IMG/VR virus record: IMGVR_UViG_3300020202_000002
Location: 1 to 64,000 of that record
Direction: 5' to 3' (one strand)
DNA: 64,000 nucleotides
DNA from: a virus
Under the pieces are notes generated by a model. The model was not told the origin of the DNA and searched no databases. It saw only the letters and a list, made by a program, of their open reading frames with translations. Positions within the stretch are counted from its first letter, which is position 1; each line of letters begins with the position of its first letter. Made by a program: the position numbers and the translations under genes. Of the stretch, positions 44,637 to 54,983 are shown one piece after another.

Positions 44637-45679
44637 TGCTTCGCGTGGGGTCCGTGTCATACGCCTGCGAGCAAGGTTTAGGGCGTCTCATGAAGTCGTT
44701 CTACGCCGCTGGCATCGTCGACGATGTGATGGTCTACCGCCACACGAGTCCGAGCCGACCTACCCTCATGTCTTGGTATCCGCCAAGCACATTGGAGCTG
44801 GTTAACCGCCCGTTCAACGGTCCGACGGTCGACGCCTTCCTGAAGACAGTGGACGTGATGCTGTTCTGGGAGACGCCGTTCGACTGGGGCTTCATGGACT
44901 ACTGCCGGGCTCGCGGTGTGCGCACGGCTCTTGTGCCCATGAGCGAGTGGACCCCCCGGCGCCCACCCGCATGGTTCGATATCGTCATCAGCCCCAGCCT
45001 GGAGGACCACGACTACTTCAAGGACGGTCGGTTTGCCGGCTTCACGTTCCGCGAATGCTTCCTACCGATACCCGTTGACCCGTCGACCTGGCGTCAGCGA
45101 ACCGTGGCGAAGAGGTTTCTGCACAATGCCGGCCACCTGGGACACGGAGAGCACAAGGGTACGCGGCAGCTGCTTGAAGCCATGAAGCACGTCAAGAGCG
45201 ACCTGACGCTGACGGTTCGTGGTCAGCACGACAGCGGGCTACAGAACGTGCTGCGTCAGGTGTTCGGTGGCAACGGCACGCATCCGAAGGTCGAGGTCGT
45301 GGCGCGAGAGATCCCGTACGAGGAGTTGTTCACCGAGCACGACGTGTACGTGGCCCCGGAGAAGTGGAATCCGATTAGCCTACCGTTGCAAGAGGCGCGC
45401 GCTGCAGGAATGCTGGTGCTGACCACCGATCGGTATCCGATGAATACATGGCTGCCCAAGGAAGGCTTGATACCTGCCGAGACGATTCGAAGGGGCTGCG
45501 TGAGCCGGAATTACCTGGAAGTGTGCGAGGCAGTCGTGCGTCCTGAGGCGATCGCCGCCAAGATGGACGCCTGCTACGGCACCGATATCACCGCCTATTC
45601 GCAATCGGGCAAGGCGTGGGCCGAAGAACATTCGTGGGCGAACATGGCCCCGAAGTGGAGAGCATCACTGGAACTATGA
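44636..45679 (+). CDS. GT-B (GT4-like) glycosyltransferase
   Basis: HKGTRQLLEA; DVYVAP...LPLQEARAAGMLVLTTD; HSW. Confidence 0.8.
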   Translation: MLRVGSVSYACEQGLGRLMKSFYAAGIVDDVMVYRHTSPSRPTLMSWYPPSTLELVNRPFNGPTVDAFLKTVDVMLFWETPFDWGFMDYCRARGVRTALVPMSEWTPRRPPAWFDIVISPSLEDHDYFKDGRFAGFTFRECFLPIPVDPSTWRQRTVAKRFLHNAGHLGHGEHKGTRQLLEAMKHVKSDLTLTVRGQHDSGLQNVLRQVFGGNGTHPKVEVVAREIPYEELFTEHDVYVAPEKWNPISLPLQEARAAGMLVLTTDRYPMNTWLPKEGLIPAETIRRGCVSRNYLEVCEAVVRPEAIAAKMDACYGTDITAYSQSGKAWAEEHSWANMAPKWRASLEL

Positions 45680-46044
45680 CCATGGAGCGTGCGATGAGCA
45701 AGGAACTAGATCTTCTCGCGTCAGGACCTCAGGGAGACTACCAGCAATGGTTCGACAGTCTCGCAAAGGCCCATCTTGAAGATCATCCGCCGAGAACCAG
45801 AGCGGAAGAGGCCAGCGAAACATACGCAAAGGTGCTTCGCTACATCGCCTCTCTCCCGTGGTACAGGTGCCTGAGAATACCGTCCATCGTGGACCTAGTG
45901 ATTCGACGACGGGAGATATTCGACAAGGCTTCCAAGAAGGGGTCAGGATCTTACTTGGCGTACCTCGAGCTGGCGGCGAAGGGCTACGACAAGTGTCGGT
46001 TGACAAAGGAAGAAGCCGACGCCCTGAAGGGGTGTCTGTCATGA
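45676..46044 (+). CDS. hypothetical protein
   Basis: coupled ORF. Confidence 0.45.
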   Translation: MTMERAMSKELDLLASGPQGDYQQWFDSLAKAHLEDHPPRTRAEEASETYAKVLRYIASLPWYRCLRIPSIVDLVIRRREIFDKASKKGSGSYLAYLELAAKGYDKCRLTKEEADALKGCLS

Positions 46045-46313
46045 CACCAACAGAAGTCCACGTTCGCAGCACCATGTACACGGCCATCCTGGGATACGTC
46101 GCATCGCTCTGTCACGGCGTCAACGCCGCAGTTTATTGGAAGTTTGGACAAGACGGTGCACTTGCAGGCATATGGCTCGCTGGCTGCATTGCCTGGGGGC
46201 CGTCCGCAATCATCAATACGTCGTCCTGGCGTTTCCAGCAAAAATGGAGAAACGATGACTACATGGCGCAAGTGGCGTCGAAAGTCAACCACATCAAGGT
46301 GCATCGGCAATGA
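46041..46313 (+). CDS. hypothetical membrane protein
   Basis: two hydrophobic segments; coupled. Confidence 0.45.
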   Translation: MTPTEVHVRSTMYTAILGYVASLCHGVNAAVYWKFGQDGALAGIWLAGCIAWGPSAIINTSSWRFQQKWRNDDYMAQVASKVNHIKVHRQ

Positions 46314-47062
46314 AACCCCTCACCGTCTCCGAACAACTTCGCCTGATGACCAGCTGGCTCAAGGAGGGCCGTCCGTTCTTCCACACGCGCTACAACGACG
46401 GTGAAGCAACCGCCATGTTCGGGCTGAAGGGCGAGAACGACGTGAACACGGACGGGCACCGGTACTTCCGTGACATGGGGAGACGGCTAACGCAGACGTA
46501 TCATCGCGTCTGCTGCGCCTCCGCTTGGAAGGACAATATCATTGTCGGCTCATGGTGGCCGGAGGATCCTACTCATGAAGCCGCCGAACTACTGCAAGCT
46601 GTGGACGCGGCCATATATGTTCGTTGGTGCCACAGCGACCTCTGGTTCGACGAGCAGGCCGAAGCGATAGGGGAGTGCGCTGGCGAGGAGTTGATGGAGT
46701 TCTTGGGCGCTTTGCTGACGCGTCCGCTCGTAGTCGTCGGTTGCGAAGCGTTGTTCGGCCACGCGGAGCACGTGCCAACTGAGGCTGACAATGCGTGGGA
46801 CGAACACAACACGATAATCAGAGAGGCTATGCAGGCCGCTAACGGCACCTACAACAACGTATTCTTGTGGGCCTGCGGTTTCACTGGCAAAGTAGCGTCC
46901 GAAGCGGTATGGAACGCTTACCCGAACACGACCCACATCGACGTTGGGGCGTTGCTCTCAGCGCTGGCGGGCAACCCGATCCGCGACTGGATGAAGAAAC
47001 CCAACGGCACGCACTGGCGTTATCTGCAAGACGTGGTGGTGCCGAAACTGAGGAGCGTGTAA
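46310..47062 (+). CDS. GT-D fold (DUF1792)-like protein
   Basis: FFHTRYNDGE; C-terminal LWACG..GK...IDVG. Confidence 0.55.
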   Translation: MKPLTVSEQLRLMTSWLKEGRPFFHTRYNDGEATAMFGLKGENDVNTDGHRYFRDMGRRLTQTYHRVCCASAWKDNIIVGSWWPEDPTHEAAELLQAVDAAIYVRWCHSDLWFDEQAEAIGECAGEELMEFLGALLTRPLVVVGCEALFGHAEHVPTEADNAWDEHNTIIREAMQAANGTYNNVFLWACGFTGKVASEAVWNAYPNTTHIDVGALLSALAGNPIRDWMKKPNGTHWRYLQDVVVPKLRSV

Positions 47063-47421
47063 TGACTATTGTAAGAATCAGCGATGATCTAAAACTCGAA
47101 AACACCATAGTGTCGGTAAAAGGTGTCGAGAGCACCAGAAAGGAGATTTGCAAAGGTTCTGGTAGTCGGCAGTTACGATATGATGTGTGGCGAGTTTACG
47201 GACCTACGATATCGACGGGATGGTTCATTTTCAAATCTTACATAATTCATGCGTTGGCTGAAGTCCACATGCATCCAACCGACAAGGAAATCTGGTGCTA
47301 CGGACGACAACACATTCCTTTATGCCAAAAACTGGCCGAGGCATTACGAGACTACGGGGACTTTCAGGTTGTGCTTGTCACAGAAGACGAGCATAAGTGG
47401 ACGCCAGCAATGCGAGACTGA
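47062..47421 (+). CDS. hypothetical protein
   Basis: TAATG coupling; AT-richer. Confidence 0.45.
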   Translation: MTIVRISDDLKLENTIVSVKGVESTRKEICKGSGSRQLRYDVWRVYGPTISTGWFIFKSYIIHALAEVHMHPTDKEIWCYGRQHIPLCQKLAEALRDYGDFQVVLVTEDEHKWTPAMRD

Positions 47422-47454
47422 AACATCGTTTTCCGAAACTGAGGAGTATGTGAC

Positions 47455-47700
47455 ATGAAACTATGGAACATGTGGTCGGCGTTCTTTGTTGTCATGTTCG
47501 TCCCGATGATGCTATGCGCGTTATTTGTGGCTGGGTGCTCCAACAACAGAGTAACTGATCAAGACTTCGTCGGCGCAGACACCGAGGTTAAGCTAATCTC
47601 AGAGTTTGACGGCGTTAAGTTGTATCGCGTCAAACAGACTAAACCATACGTGCACTTTTGGTACATCGTGAAAACGGAAAACGGCGTGGCGCTACGATAG
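47455..47700 (+). CDS. putative lipoprotein
   Basis: hydrophobic leader ending in lipobox VAGC; GAGGAG RBS. Confidence 0.55.
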   Translation: MKLWNMWSAFFVVMFVPMMLCALFVAGCSNNRVTDQDFVGADTEVKLISEFDGVKLYRVKQTKPYVHFWYIVKTENGVALR

Positions 47701-47708
47701 AGAAACAC

Positions 47709-48434
47709 ATGATTCACCGCGAAGGCCTATCGTTCTATCTCGACAAGCTCCGCTCCGGCGAGCCGTTCAGCTCATATCTCTGGGGCGACGGCGAGTTCGC
47801 AGTTGCCGCGCGCCAGCGTACTGGCCGCACGATGCAGAACGGCGAGGTGGTCACCATCCAGCTGGAAGACGAGCTACGCGCCGCCCTGGCCATCGACGAG
47901 CCCAACGTCCTGCACGCCACGGACCCATTCCTTGCCGAGCCGTGGACGTACGCCGGCAACGACAAGCATTCGGTCAACAGCATCGCCGCCATGGTGCCAC
48001 CGCATCGCGACTGGTACGACGGAACGATCTGGGACACGGCGTCAAGGGAGGGGACGCTGGGGCCGCTACTGAAGGTGCTCAACGAACGAAAAGTTGTTTT
48101 TATCGGGAACAATGCACTCTTGAAAGCGCGGCCATTCGAGTACGGCGTATGGATCCGCGTGCCAGACACTAACGCTTGTTCACATAACTTTGAGCCGCCA
48201 TTCAAGTGGGACTGCTTTCAAAACGACTTGGTGTTTGTTGCTTGCATGGGAATCAGCGCCATCCCAACTCTTGCCAGGATACGCAGGTTGCGCCCAGGCT
48301 GTACCTTCCTCGACCTCGGCTCCACCTTCGACGTGTTCGCCAAGATCGGGGCTGAACGCGGCTGGAGGCAGGAATTGTACCGGGACGAACAGCGCTGGCA
48401 GGAACTGATCGCCAAGCACCGGGAGGGCGCATGA
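47709..48434 (+). CDS. GT-D fold (DUF1792)-like protein
   Basis: FSSYLWGDGE; VFIGN; VACMG; FLDLGS.FD. Confidence 0.6.
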   Translation: MIHREGLSFYLDKLRSGEPFSSYLWGDGEFAVAARQRTGRTMQNGEVVTIQLEDELRAALAIDEPNVLHATDPFLAEPWTYAGNDKHSVNSIAAMVPPHRDWYDGTIWDTASREGTLGPLLKVLNERKVVFIGNNALLKARPFEYGVWIRVPDTNACSHNFEPPFKWDCFQNDLVFVACMGISAIPTLARIRRLRPGCTFLDLGSTFDVFAKIGAERGWRQELYRDEQRWQELIAKHREGA

Positions 48435-48640
48435 TCGACTTTCTAACCAAGAGCGATGCCGACAAGCTGTACGCACCAAGTAAAGCGTGGATTGGCGATT
48501 TCGTGTGCATCTATGCGCCACTGTTAGTCGTTCTGTTTGCAAGTATCGCTAAGCTTGAAAAGAGCGTCCAAGACATCGAAGAGCGTATCGAGAAACTGTC
48601 AGCGGAGGTGGCTAAGTCGCCACAAAGGGAGGGCAAGTGA
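48431..48640 (+). CDS. small TM/coiled-coil protein
   Basis: coupled on both sides. Confidence 0.45.
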   Translation: MIDFLTKSDADKLYAPSKAWIGDFVCIYAPLLVVLFASIAKLEKSVQDIEERIEKLSAEVAKSPQREGK

Positions 48641-49332
48641 TGCCCATGGTTCGTATGCTCGACGGCAGCACGATGGACACCATGGATCCTGTTTTCGACC
48701 CGAACAACGCGGATCCGTCGCAGTTCGACCCGTCTCCTGAAGATCCGCTGGGCGTGCTGGCACCGTTCCTGACGCATTCGCCGAAGTGGGTCATTATGGC
48801 CGGCCTGGGTGATGTGGACGAAATCGGCCCGGCGCGAAAACGGTGGCCGCGGGCAAGGTATCTGGGCATCGAGCCGGACCCGCGAGCGATCACCTGGCAG
48901 CGCGAGCGCAGCTGGCCACCGGAGCAGCCCATCGTCTGCGCGGCTCTGTCCGGCAAGATAGGCACAGCGACCATCCGCATGGACTCGATTTGCTGCCCAA
49001 GCATGCACCCGGAAAACATCGCTGCCGCGCCGCCGGAGCAGTTGCAGACGGTGACCACGACGACACTGGACACATTGGACCGCGAATATGGTCCGTTCGT
49101 TCGCGCCATTCTCTGGCTCGACTGCGAAGGCTGGGACTACACGGCACTCTTGGGAGCAAAGAACCTGCTCGCGTCCGGGCGCGTCGACATGGTGAACGTG
49201 GAGATCTGGTATCGCCAACCAGAGACGAACGAGAAGATGCGACGGCTGCTGGCTGACGCTGGGTATGTGCGGGTGTTGACGTGGTTCCGCCAGTGGTGGG
49301 GGTGCAACGAAGCGTATCGGAGGGTGCCGTGA
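48637..49332 (+). CDS. FkbM-family methyltransferase
   Basis: GIEPDP, AALS, TTTLDTL, LWLDCEGWD..ALLGA. Confidence 0.8.
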   Translation: MMPMVRMLDGSTMDTMDPVFDPNNADPSQFDPSPEDPLGVLAPFLTHSPKWVIMAGLGDVDEIGPARKRWPRARYLGIEPDPRAITWQRERSWPPEQPIVCAALSGKIGTATIRMDSICCPSMHPENIAAAPPEQLQTVTTTTLDTLDREYGPFVRAILWLDCEGWDYTALLGAKNLLASGRVDMVNVEIWYRQPETNEKMRRLLADAGYVRVLTWFRQWWGCNEAYRRVP

Positions 49333-49802
49333 TGGACCGGTGGACAGTCGGGTTCTGGCACGAACGAATTCGCGCTGCCATGCAAGGCGGCAAGGGACTG
49401 CGCGAGGCGATCAGCGATTGCGGATCGGATGTCAACTACTGGAAGCGCATTGACGGACAGGCACAGGCGATTCTTGCGGAACACGTCCAGCCCGGAGACA
49501 AGGTTCTCGATGTCGGCTGCGGCCTGGGCGACTTGTCGGCGCTGTTGCCTCCTGACGTGGTGTATGTGGGCGTGGATTTTGTCCCTGAGTTCGTGGCCGA
49601 GGCCGAGCGGAGATTCCCGAGCAGAGAGTTTGTTGGCGGCGACCTTCACGACTTGAGCAGGTTTGCTGACCGCTCGTTTGACTGGGTCATCGCCAGAGGA
49701 GGCACCAGCGAAGTCAACCCCGAGATGCGACGGGTGGCTTGTGGAGCAGTCCTGATGTCGTTTTCGGATCCGGTGCAAGCTGATGTGGCCAGGTGGGGGT
49801 GA
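49332..49802 (+). CDS. class I SAM-dependent methyltransferase
   Basis: VLDVGCGLG, YVGVD, SFDWVI. Confidence 0.85.
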   Translation: MDRWTVGFWHERIRAAMQGGKGLREAISDCGSDVNYWKRIDGQAQAILAEHVQPGDKVLDVGCGLGDLSALLPPDVVYVGVDFVPEFVAEAERRFPSREFVGGDLHDLSRFADRSFDWVIARGGTSEVNPEMRRVACGAVLMSFSDPVQADVARWG

Positions 49803-49805
49803 CGG

Positions 49806-50456
49806 ATGCTGAACGGAATCAAAAAAGCCGCCGCCTTCTTCTGCCACCAGGACGACGAAATGGTGGCGGCTGGCACGCTTCATCGCCTTGCCAGCGCCGG
49901 CTGCGAGGTGCATGTCGTATCGTTCTCGCCATGCGCCACGATTAATGACCGCATGGGAACCGAAGTATCGTCTCGTCTTGTTCTGCCGGAATGGCACCTA
50001 TCGATGGACCTGATCGGCGTAGGGCAGGAGCAACGGCACTTTCTCAACTACACGCCAAGCGTGAGCATTGCTGATCGTCGTCAGGACGTGGCCAACTATG
50101 TATTCGACTTCTGCGAGCGCGAGCGGCCGGACGTGGCGTTCGTCTTGTCGCCAGAGGATGAAAACACGGCGCATGCAGTGGTCGGCGTCGAGTGTGAGCG
50201 GGTCATGCGCGGCCGCGTTCCCATGGTGGTTCGGTGTAACTTCGCGTGGAACTATTCCATCGGCAGGCCGAACCTGTTCGTGGCGCTCTCGGACAAGGAC
50301 CTGGACATCAAGCGGCGCGTGATCAATGCCTACCAATCGCAGAAATTTAGGTACGACTACGGTGCCATGTTGATGGCGTACTGCATCGGCGATGGCAAGA
50401 GCGTCAAGGTCGCGGCGGCGGAGCGTTTCGAGATCATCAGGAGCGTCGTTACATGA
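49806..50456 (+). CDS. PIG-L/LmbE family deacetylase
   Basis: HQDDE...GTL; AH; K...INAYQSQ; ERF. Confidence 0.8.
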   Translation: MLNGIKKAAAFFCHQDDEMVAAGTLHRLASAGCEVHVVSFSPCATINDRMGTEVSSRLVLPEWHLSMDLIGVGQEQRHFLNYTPSVSIADRRQDVANYVFDFCERERPDVAFVLSPEDENTAHAVVGVECERVMRGRVPMVVRCNFAWNYSIGRPNLFVALSDKDLDIKRRVINAYQSQKFRYDYGAMLMAYCIGDGKSVKVAAAERFEIIRSVVT

Positions 50457-51112
50457 GCCACATCGTCATTGCCGGCGCATCCGGGGCCATCGGCACGGCT
50501 CTCGTTCGGAAGTATCTGGACGAAGGGCATGTGGTGACGGCACTGATCAATAGAAGCTACCTTGAATTCGGACACAAGCATTTGCACGAGAGGCTTATCA
50601 ACACTGACGAGATTGACGTGCCCCAAAAGGTAGACGCTCTGATAACGCTGACTGCCGACACGAGGAACAAGAAACTTGGCAAGATGGACATCAACGAGTG
50701 GGAATCGGTGCTACGCTCGACTCTGACATCACCGTTTCAGTGCATAAACGCGCTGGCGTCAACGTTGGTAACCGGCGCGTCCATTGTCGTCGTCGGTTCT
50801 ATTGTCGGCAGCCTTGGGGGGTACGGCTGCGCGAACTACGCCGCGGCCAAGGCCGGACTCGTGGGCCTTGTCCGCGCGGCTGCAAACGAGCTGGCCGGCC
50901 GCAAGATCCGCGTGAACCTGCTTGAGTTGGGCTACGTCAACGCCGGCATGGGCGAGCGTCTGTCGGACGACATCAAGGCCAAGGTGACCGAGACGATTCC
51001 GCTGAAGCGGTTTGCTGAGGTTGACGAGGTGTTGCACGCGATCGAGTTCTTGAGGACGGCCACGTACATGACTGGCAACACGCTAACTGTAGCAGGAGGG
51101 CTAAGGGCATGA
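50453..51112 (+). CDS. SDR oxidoreductase (FabG-like)
   Basis: GASGAIG, NYAAAKAG, IPLKRF...EV. Confidence 0.85.
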   Translation: MSHIVIAGASGAIGTALVRKYLDEGHVVTALINRSYLEFGHKHLHERLINTDEIDVPQKVDALITLTADTRNKKLGKMDINEWESVLRSTLTSPFQCINALASTLVTGASIVVVGSIVGSLGGYGCANYAAAKAGLVGLVRAAANELAGRKIRVNLLELGYVNAGMGERLSDDIKAKVTETIPLKRFAEVDEVLHAIEFLRTATYMTGNTLTVAGGLRA

Positions 51113-51540
51113 AGGTATATGTAGCAACCGAGGGATCGTATGCGGATTATCACATCAGCGCCATCTTCTCTTCGCGGGAGAAGGCGGAAGAGTACATGGG
51201 CAACATGCCCGACCGGTTCAACGAGATCGAAGAGTATGAGCTGGACTCTGAGCCGCCGCGAGTGTTCGGTCAACAGTGGGTTGCGGCATTGAAACTGGAT
51301 GGGAGCGTTGATGCGCACTACACGCATATGTATATCACGGACGTTCCGGTTGAACACAGACAAGGCGAGCGGGGCTGGGGTGAGACGAAGGATTATGGGT
51401 TTATGAAGGCTGACCGGTTTAACTATGCGTGGTTCAGCGGACGTTCGTTCGTCAGCGCTGAGCACGCCCACAAGCTTGCCGTCGAGCAGCGACAGAAAGC
51501 CCTGGTGGAGCATCCGGAATGGTTCGAGGGTGTCAAGTAG
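51109..51540 (+). CDS. hypothetical phage protein
   Basis: MKVYV..GSY.DYHI.AIFSSREKAEEY. Confidence 0.6.
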   Translation: MKVYVATEGSYADYHISAIFSSREKAEEYMGNMPDRFNEIEEYELDSEPPRVFGQQWVAALKLDGSVDAHYTHMYITDVPVEHRQGERGWGETKDYGFMKADRFNYAWFSGRSFVSAEHAHKLAVEQRQKALVEHPEWFEGVK

Positions 51541-51882
51541 ATGACCTCCCCCACCACCTTAGGTAAAGGAGCAGCCATGAATAAAAAACCGACAACTAAG
51601 CCTCTGAATGTCACCATAAAAGGCAAGACGTTCAAGATGTCGGCTGTGAAGAATGTTTACAACACAACCAGGGACTGGTGGGAATGCGCACCGTTCTCGG
51701 TGACGCGGTGGTTAGACACGCGAAAGTCCGGCTTACCGCCATGGGAAATAACCATGTCCGGACCCTGGTACGGCGACAGCGATCCGCAAGGCATGGGAGC
51801 TACATTGGAAGAGGCTGTCTCAAACTTTGAAGATGCCATCGACCGTTGGGTCAGCTATTTGCAGACATTAGGCCAGAAATGA
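51541..51882 (+). CDS. hypothetical protein
   Basis: AT-richer ORF; alternative start at 51577 after AAGGAG. Confidence 0.5.
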   Translation: MTSPTTLGKGAAMNKKPTTKPLNVTIKGKTFKMSAVKNVYNTTRDWWECAPFSVTRWLDTRKSGLPPWEITMSGPWYGDSDPQGMGATLEEAVSNFEDAIDRWVSYLQTLGQK

Positions 51883-52460
51883 ACAGCCCAGCCACCGTCG
51901 AATTCTGGCTAGACCGCATCCGCGCGGCCGTCGCTGAAGACCGCCACGACCCCGTACGTGCCGCGCTGGGCTACGCTGGTGCTGCCGAGACGCTGCGCAA
52001 CGTCAAGAACAGCATTCGCATCCTGGACCGCTACGTTCGCCATGGGGACCGCGTTCTCGAAATCGGCTGCGGCTGCGGTGACCTGTATCCGCTCATGCCA
52101 GAAGGCGTGGACTACTGGGGCATCGATCTTGTGCCGGACTTCATCGAGGAAGCGAGGAAAGCCTACGTCGAGCCACGATCGCTGCACATGCGCGACTCGT
52201 GCCGGTTCGACGTAATCGACATCGTGAAGGACCACTGGGACTTTCGCGACAACCTGAACAGCCACAATTGGGACGTGGTTGTCGGCAAGATGGTGGAGGC
52301 AACCATCGGCGGGTCAGTCGGCAAAGATACGTGGCACGAGGTCATGACGACGCTAGTCTGCGTCGGCAGAAAGGTGATCTTGTGGTCCAGCCATCACACG
52401 GTTCCCAGCGTGTTCGTCGCGGCCGGCGGCAAGCCGATTCAGACGCAGGAGGCGAAATGA
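51879..52460 (+). CDS. class I SAM-dependent methyltransferase (paralog of 49332)
   Basis: TVEFWLDRIRAA N-terminus shared with 49332; VLEIGCGCG; YWGID. Confidence 0.8.
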   Translation: MNSPATVEFWLDRIRAAVAEDRHDPVRAALGYAGAAETLRNVKNSIRILDRYVRHGDRVLEIGCGCGDLYPLMPEGVDYWGIDLVPDFIEEARKAYVEPRSLHMRDSCRFDVIDIVKDHWDFRDNLNSHNWDVVVGKMVEATIGGSVGKDTWHEVMTTLVCVGRKVILWSSHHTVPSVFVAAGGKPIQTQEAK

Positions 52461-53341
52461 CGACGGAGCATTATCCCGGCATGGCCATCTCGCCCGGCAG
52501 CGTTCGCACCGTCTACCGCCCGCAGGTTCGCTCGGGCAAGTTCCACGCCGGCAAGGATTGCACCATCGGCGAGAACGTGGTGGTCGACGTGGCGGAAGAG
52601 TGCGTCATCGGGGACCGCTGCGTCATTCCGGACAACGCCTACCTGTGCGGGCGGCGAATCGAAATAGGCAACGATTTTTTCGGCTACACCCACTGGAACC
52701 GTCGTCTCGAAGTCGGTCTGGGGCGGCGCGACGACGAGTTTGCCATTCTCAAGGTCGGCTCACGATGTACGTTCCATGACAACCGAATCGACCTGGCCCG
52801 CGAAGTGACCATCGGCGATGACGTTGGGCTGTCGCCCGAAGTGACTCTGTATACGCATTTTTATTGGCTCTCGGAATTGGAAGGGTTTCCGGTTGGCTAT
52901 GCCCCAATCGAGGTTAAGTCCGGGGCCATCATCGGCTATAGGTCAACTTTGCTGCCAGGCTGCGTTGTGGGCATGAAGTGCGTCGTGGGTGCAGGCAGTA
53001 TTGTCAAAGGGCACCTTGCCGACGAAACAGTCAACGCTGGAAACCCGGCACAATACATTCGGCACATCGACACTCCGGACCTTGGCTGGCAGAAAGCCAC
53101 GATGATGAGGATTCTCGACGAATATAAAGCCTCGTGCGAATATAGGAAATGCGGCCACCATGTGCAGATGGACGAATGGCCGATCGTCAAGTCCGGTGCG
53201 GCGTCGTTCGATGTTAAGGCATGCAAGATCGTGAGCGGTCACGAAAACGACCTTACGGATGATCTTCGCGACTGGCTGTTTCGGCATGGAATTAGGATAT
53301 ACACACAACGACCTTTTCGGAAACTATCAAAGGTGTCATGA
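52457..53341 (+). CDS. left-handed beta-helix acyltransferase
   Basis: hexapeptide repeats; VTIGDDV; LPGCVVG..CVVGAGSIV; AGNPA. Confidence 0.85.
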   Translation: MTTEHYPGMAISPGSVRTVYRPQVRSGKFHAGKDCTIGENVVVDVAEECVIGDRCVIPDNAYLCGRRIEIGNDFFGYTHWNRRLEVGLGRRDDEFAILKVGSRCTFHDNRIDLAREVTIGDDVGLSPEVTLYTHFYWLSELEGFPVGYAPIEVKSGAIIGYRSTLLPGCVVGMKCVVGAGSIVKGHLADETVNAGNPAQYIRHIDTPDLGWQKATMMRILDEYKASCEYRKCGHHVQMDEWPIVKSGAASFDVKACKIVSGHENDLTDDLRDWLFRHGIRIYTQRPFRKLSKVS

Positions 53342-54090
53342 TGGTAGCTTTTAAGGAAGCAAATGGATTCCCCGGATATCGTGTCGGTGACGATGGCAGC
53401 GTGTGGACGTGCTGGAAAACTAATGGCCAAAAACCATCTGTGATGTCGAATGCATGGAAGCGAATGCGTCCTGGTCATCTCAAGAACGGATACCTGCAAG
53501 TGGCGCTTTCCAGAGGCGGCAAGAGGTTTCAAAAGAAGGTCCACCATCTTGTTTTGGAGGCGTTCGTCGGCGTTCGCGCCCATGGGCAGGAAACGCGGCA
53601 CAAGAATGGCATCCCAAGCGACAATCGATTGGACAATTTGTGCTGGGGCACGCATTCCGAAAACTACCAGGATCGTGTTCGACATGGCACCGACAATAGA
53701 GGCGACAGAAACGGTCCATCTATACTGACGGACGATGATGTGAAGGACATCGTGGCGCTTCTTAGAACCACAGACCAATCTCAAGAACAAATAGCCAAGA
53801 CGTTTGGTGTGACGCAAGGAACCATCGCTCATATCAACAATGGCAGAAGTTGGGGCCATCTCACCGGAGCGTCTCGCGGGCCACTCGTGAGTCGACGGAG
53901 GCCTCTTGGCACTGGAGTCGTGGCAAAAATGCTGGGCGTCGGTTCCACCGCAGTGCAACGGTGGATGGACACGGGAATACTTCAGTCATGGCGTGTCAAC
54001 TCTCATCGGAGAACGTCGCTAGATCACGTTCGGGCGTTTGCCAAACAGCGAGGCATCGTGATCCAGGAGGGCGCGTTGTGCCGCGTGTGA
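53338..54090 (+). CDS. NUMOD4-type HNH endonuclease with C-terminal HTH domains
   Basis: FPGYRVGDDG.V; VHHLVLEAF; RHKNG..SDNRLDNL.W. Confidence 0.85.
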   Translation: MMVAFKEANGFPGYRVGDDGSVWTCWKTNGQKPSVMSNAWKRMRPGHLKNGYLQVALSRGGKRFQKKVHHLVLEAFVGVRAHGQETRHKNGIPSDNRLDNLCWGTHSENYQDRVRHGTDNRGDRNGPSILTDDDVKDIVALLRTTDQSQEQIAKTFGVTQGTIAHINNGRSWGHLTGASRGPLVSRRRPLGTGVVAKMLGVGSTAVQRWMDTGILQSWRVNSHRRTSLDHVRAFAKQRGIVIQEGALCRV

Positions 54091-54950
54091 TGCTAGCTAC
54101 GCTCTGTCTAAACGAGATGGAGTTTTTGCGTGTTTTGGTCGAACAACATCGCGACTGGCCGGGCCTTAGCCGCTGGATCTTCGTAGAAGCCTGCGACGGC
54201 GCGTACGGGAGCGCCAACCCCGACATGGTGACCAACGCTGGCCTATCGGTCGACGGTACGTCGGAGTTCCTCGCCGACCTCGCTGCGAAAGACTCGCGCG
54301 TGACCTACATCCCGTACGGTTACAGCCACAGCTTCGCGTTTCCCGGCGAACCGGAGAAGGGTAAGTGCGGGGCGCGGCAGGCGTATCTTGACGTGGCGGA
54401 AACCATCCGGCCGGATTACGTCATCAGCATCGACGCCGACGAATTTTACACTCGCGACCACCAGCACCGCATCATCGAGGTGATGGATGCCCACCGGGAC
54501 TACGATTCGTTCATCTTCAACCGCCGCGAGATTTGGCGACCGCCGCTATGCTCCGAAATGGCCCTGTTCAGCTACGAGGTCGTGGGTGGCTTCTGGTCGA
54601 TCCCATGCTGTCACTGGTGGCGCTGGCAGCCTGGCATGCACCATCGCACCTGCCACAACACCCCGCACACGGCAGACGGCAAGCCGATGAACGACCGCAT
54701 CTTCGACGCGCGCGAGCATCCGGGCATGCCCGAGATGATCCACATGGGATTCGCGGCGTCTGCGCGAACCAGGCTGGCGAAGAATAACTACTACGCCCAG
54801 CGCGGAGAGTCTGCGGATCCCAAACGACGCTGGTACGTGGAGAGCCGCGCGGCGTGGGCACGCTGGCACGCGGGGAAGACGCTGCCGCGGGATGCGAAGG
54901 TTTTGCCGTTTGTGGGCGATATCCCGGAATGTTTTAGAGGAATCGCCTGA
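54078..54950 (+). CDS. GT-A (GT2-like) glycosyltransferase
   Basis: LNE..FL; SVDGTSE; ISIDADEFY DxD motif. Confidence 0.8.
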   Translation: MPRVMLATLCLNEMEFLRVLVEQHRDWPGLSRWIFVEACDGAYGSANPDMVTNAGLSVDGTSEFLADLAAKDSRVTYIPYGYSHSFAFPGEPEKGKCGARQAYLDVAETIRPDYVISIDADEFYTRDHQHRIIEVMDAHRDYDSFIFNRREIWRPPLCSEMALFSYEVVGGFWSIPCCHWWRWQPGMHHRTCHNTPHTADGKPMNDRIFDAREHPGMPEMIHMGFAASARTRLAKNNYYAQRGESADPKRRWYVESRAAWARWHAGKTLPRDAKVLPFVGDIPECFRGIA

Positions 54951-54983
54951 TTCCAGAGTGTTGTCTGGCAAGGGAGATAGCAC

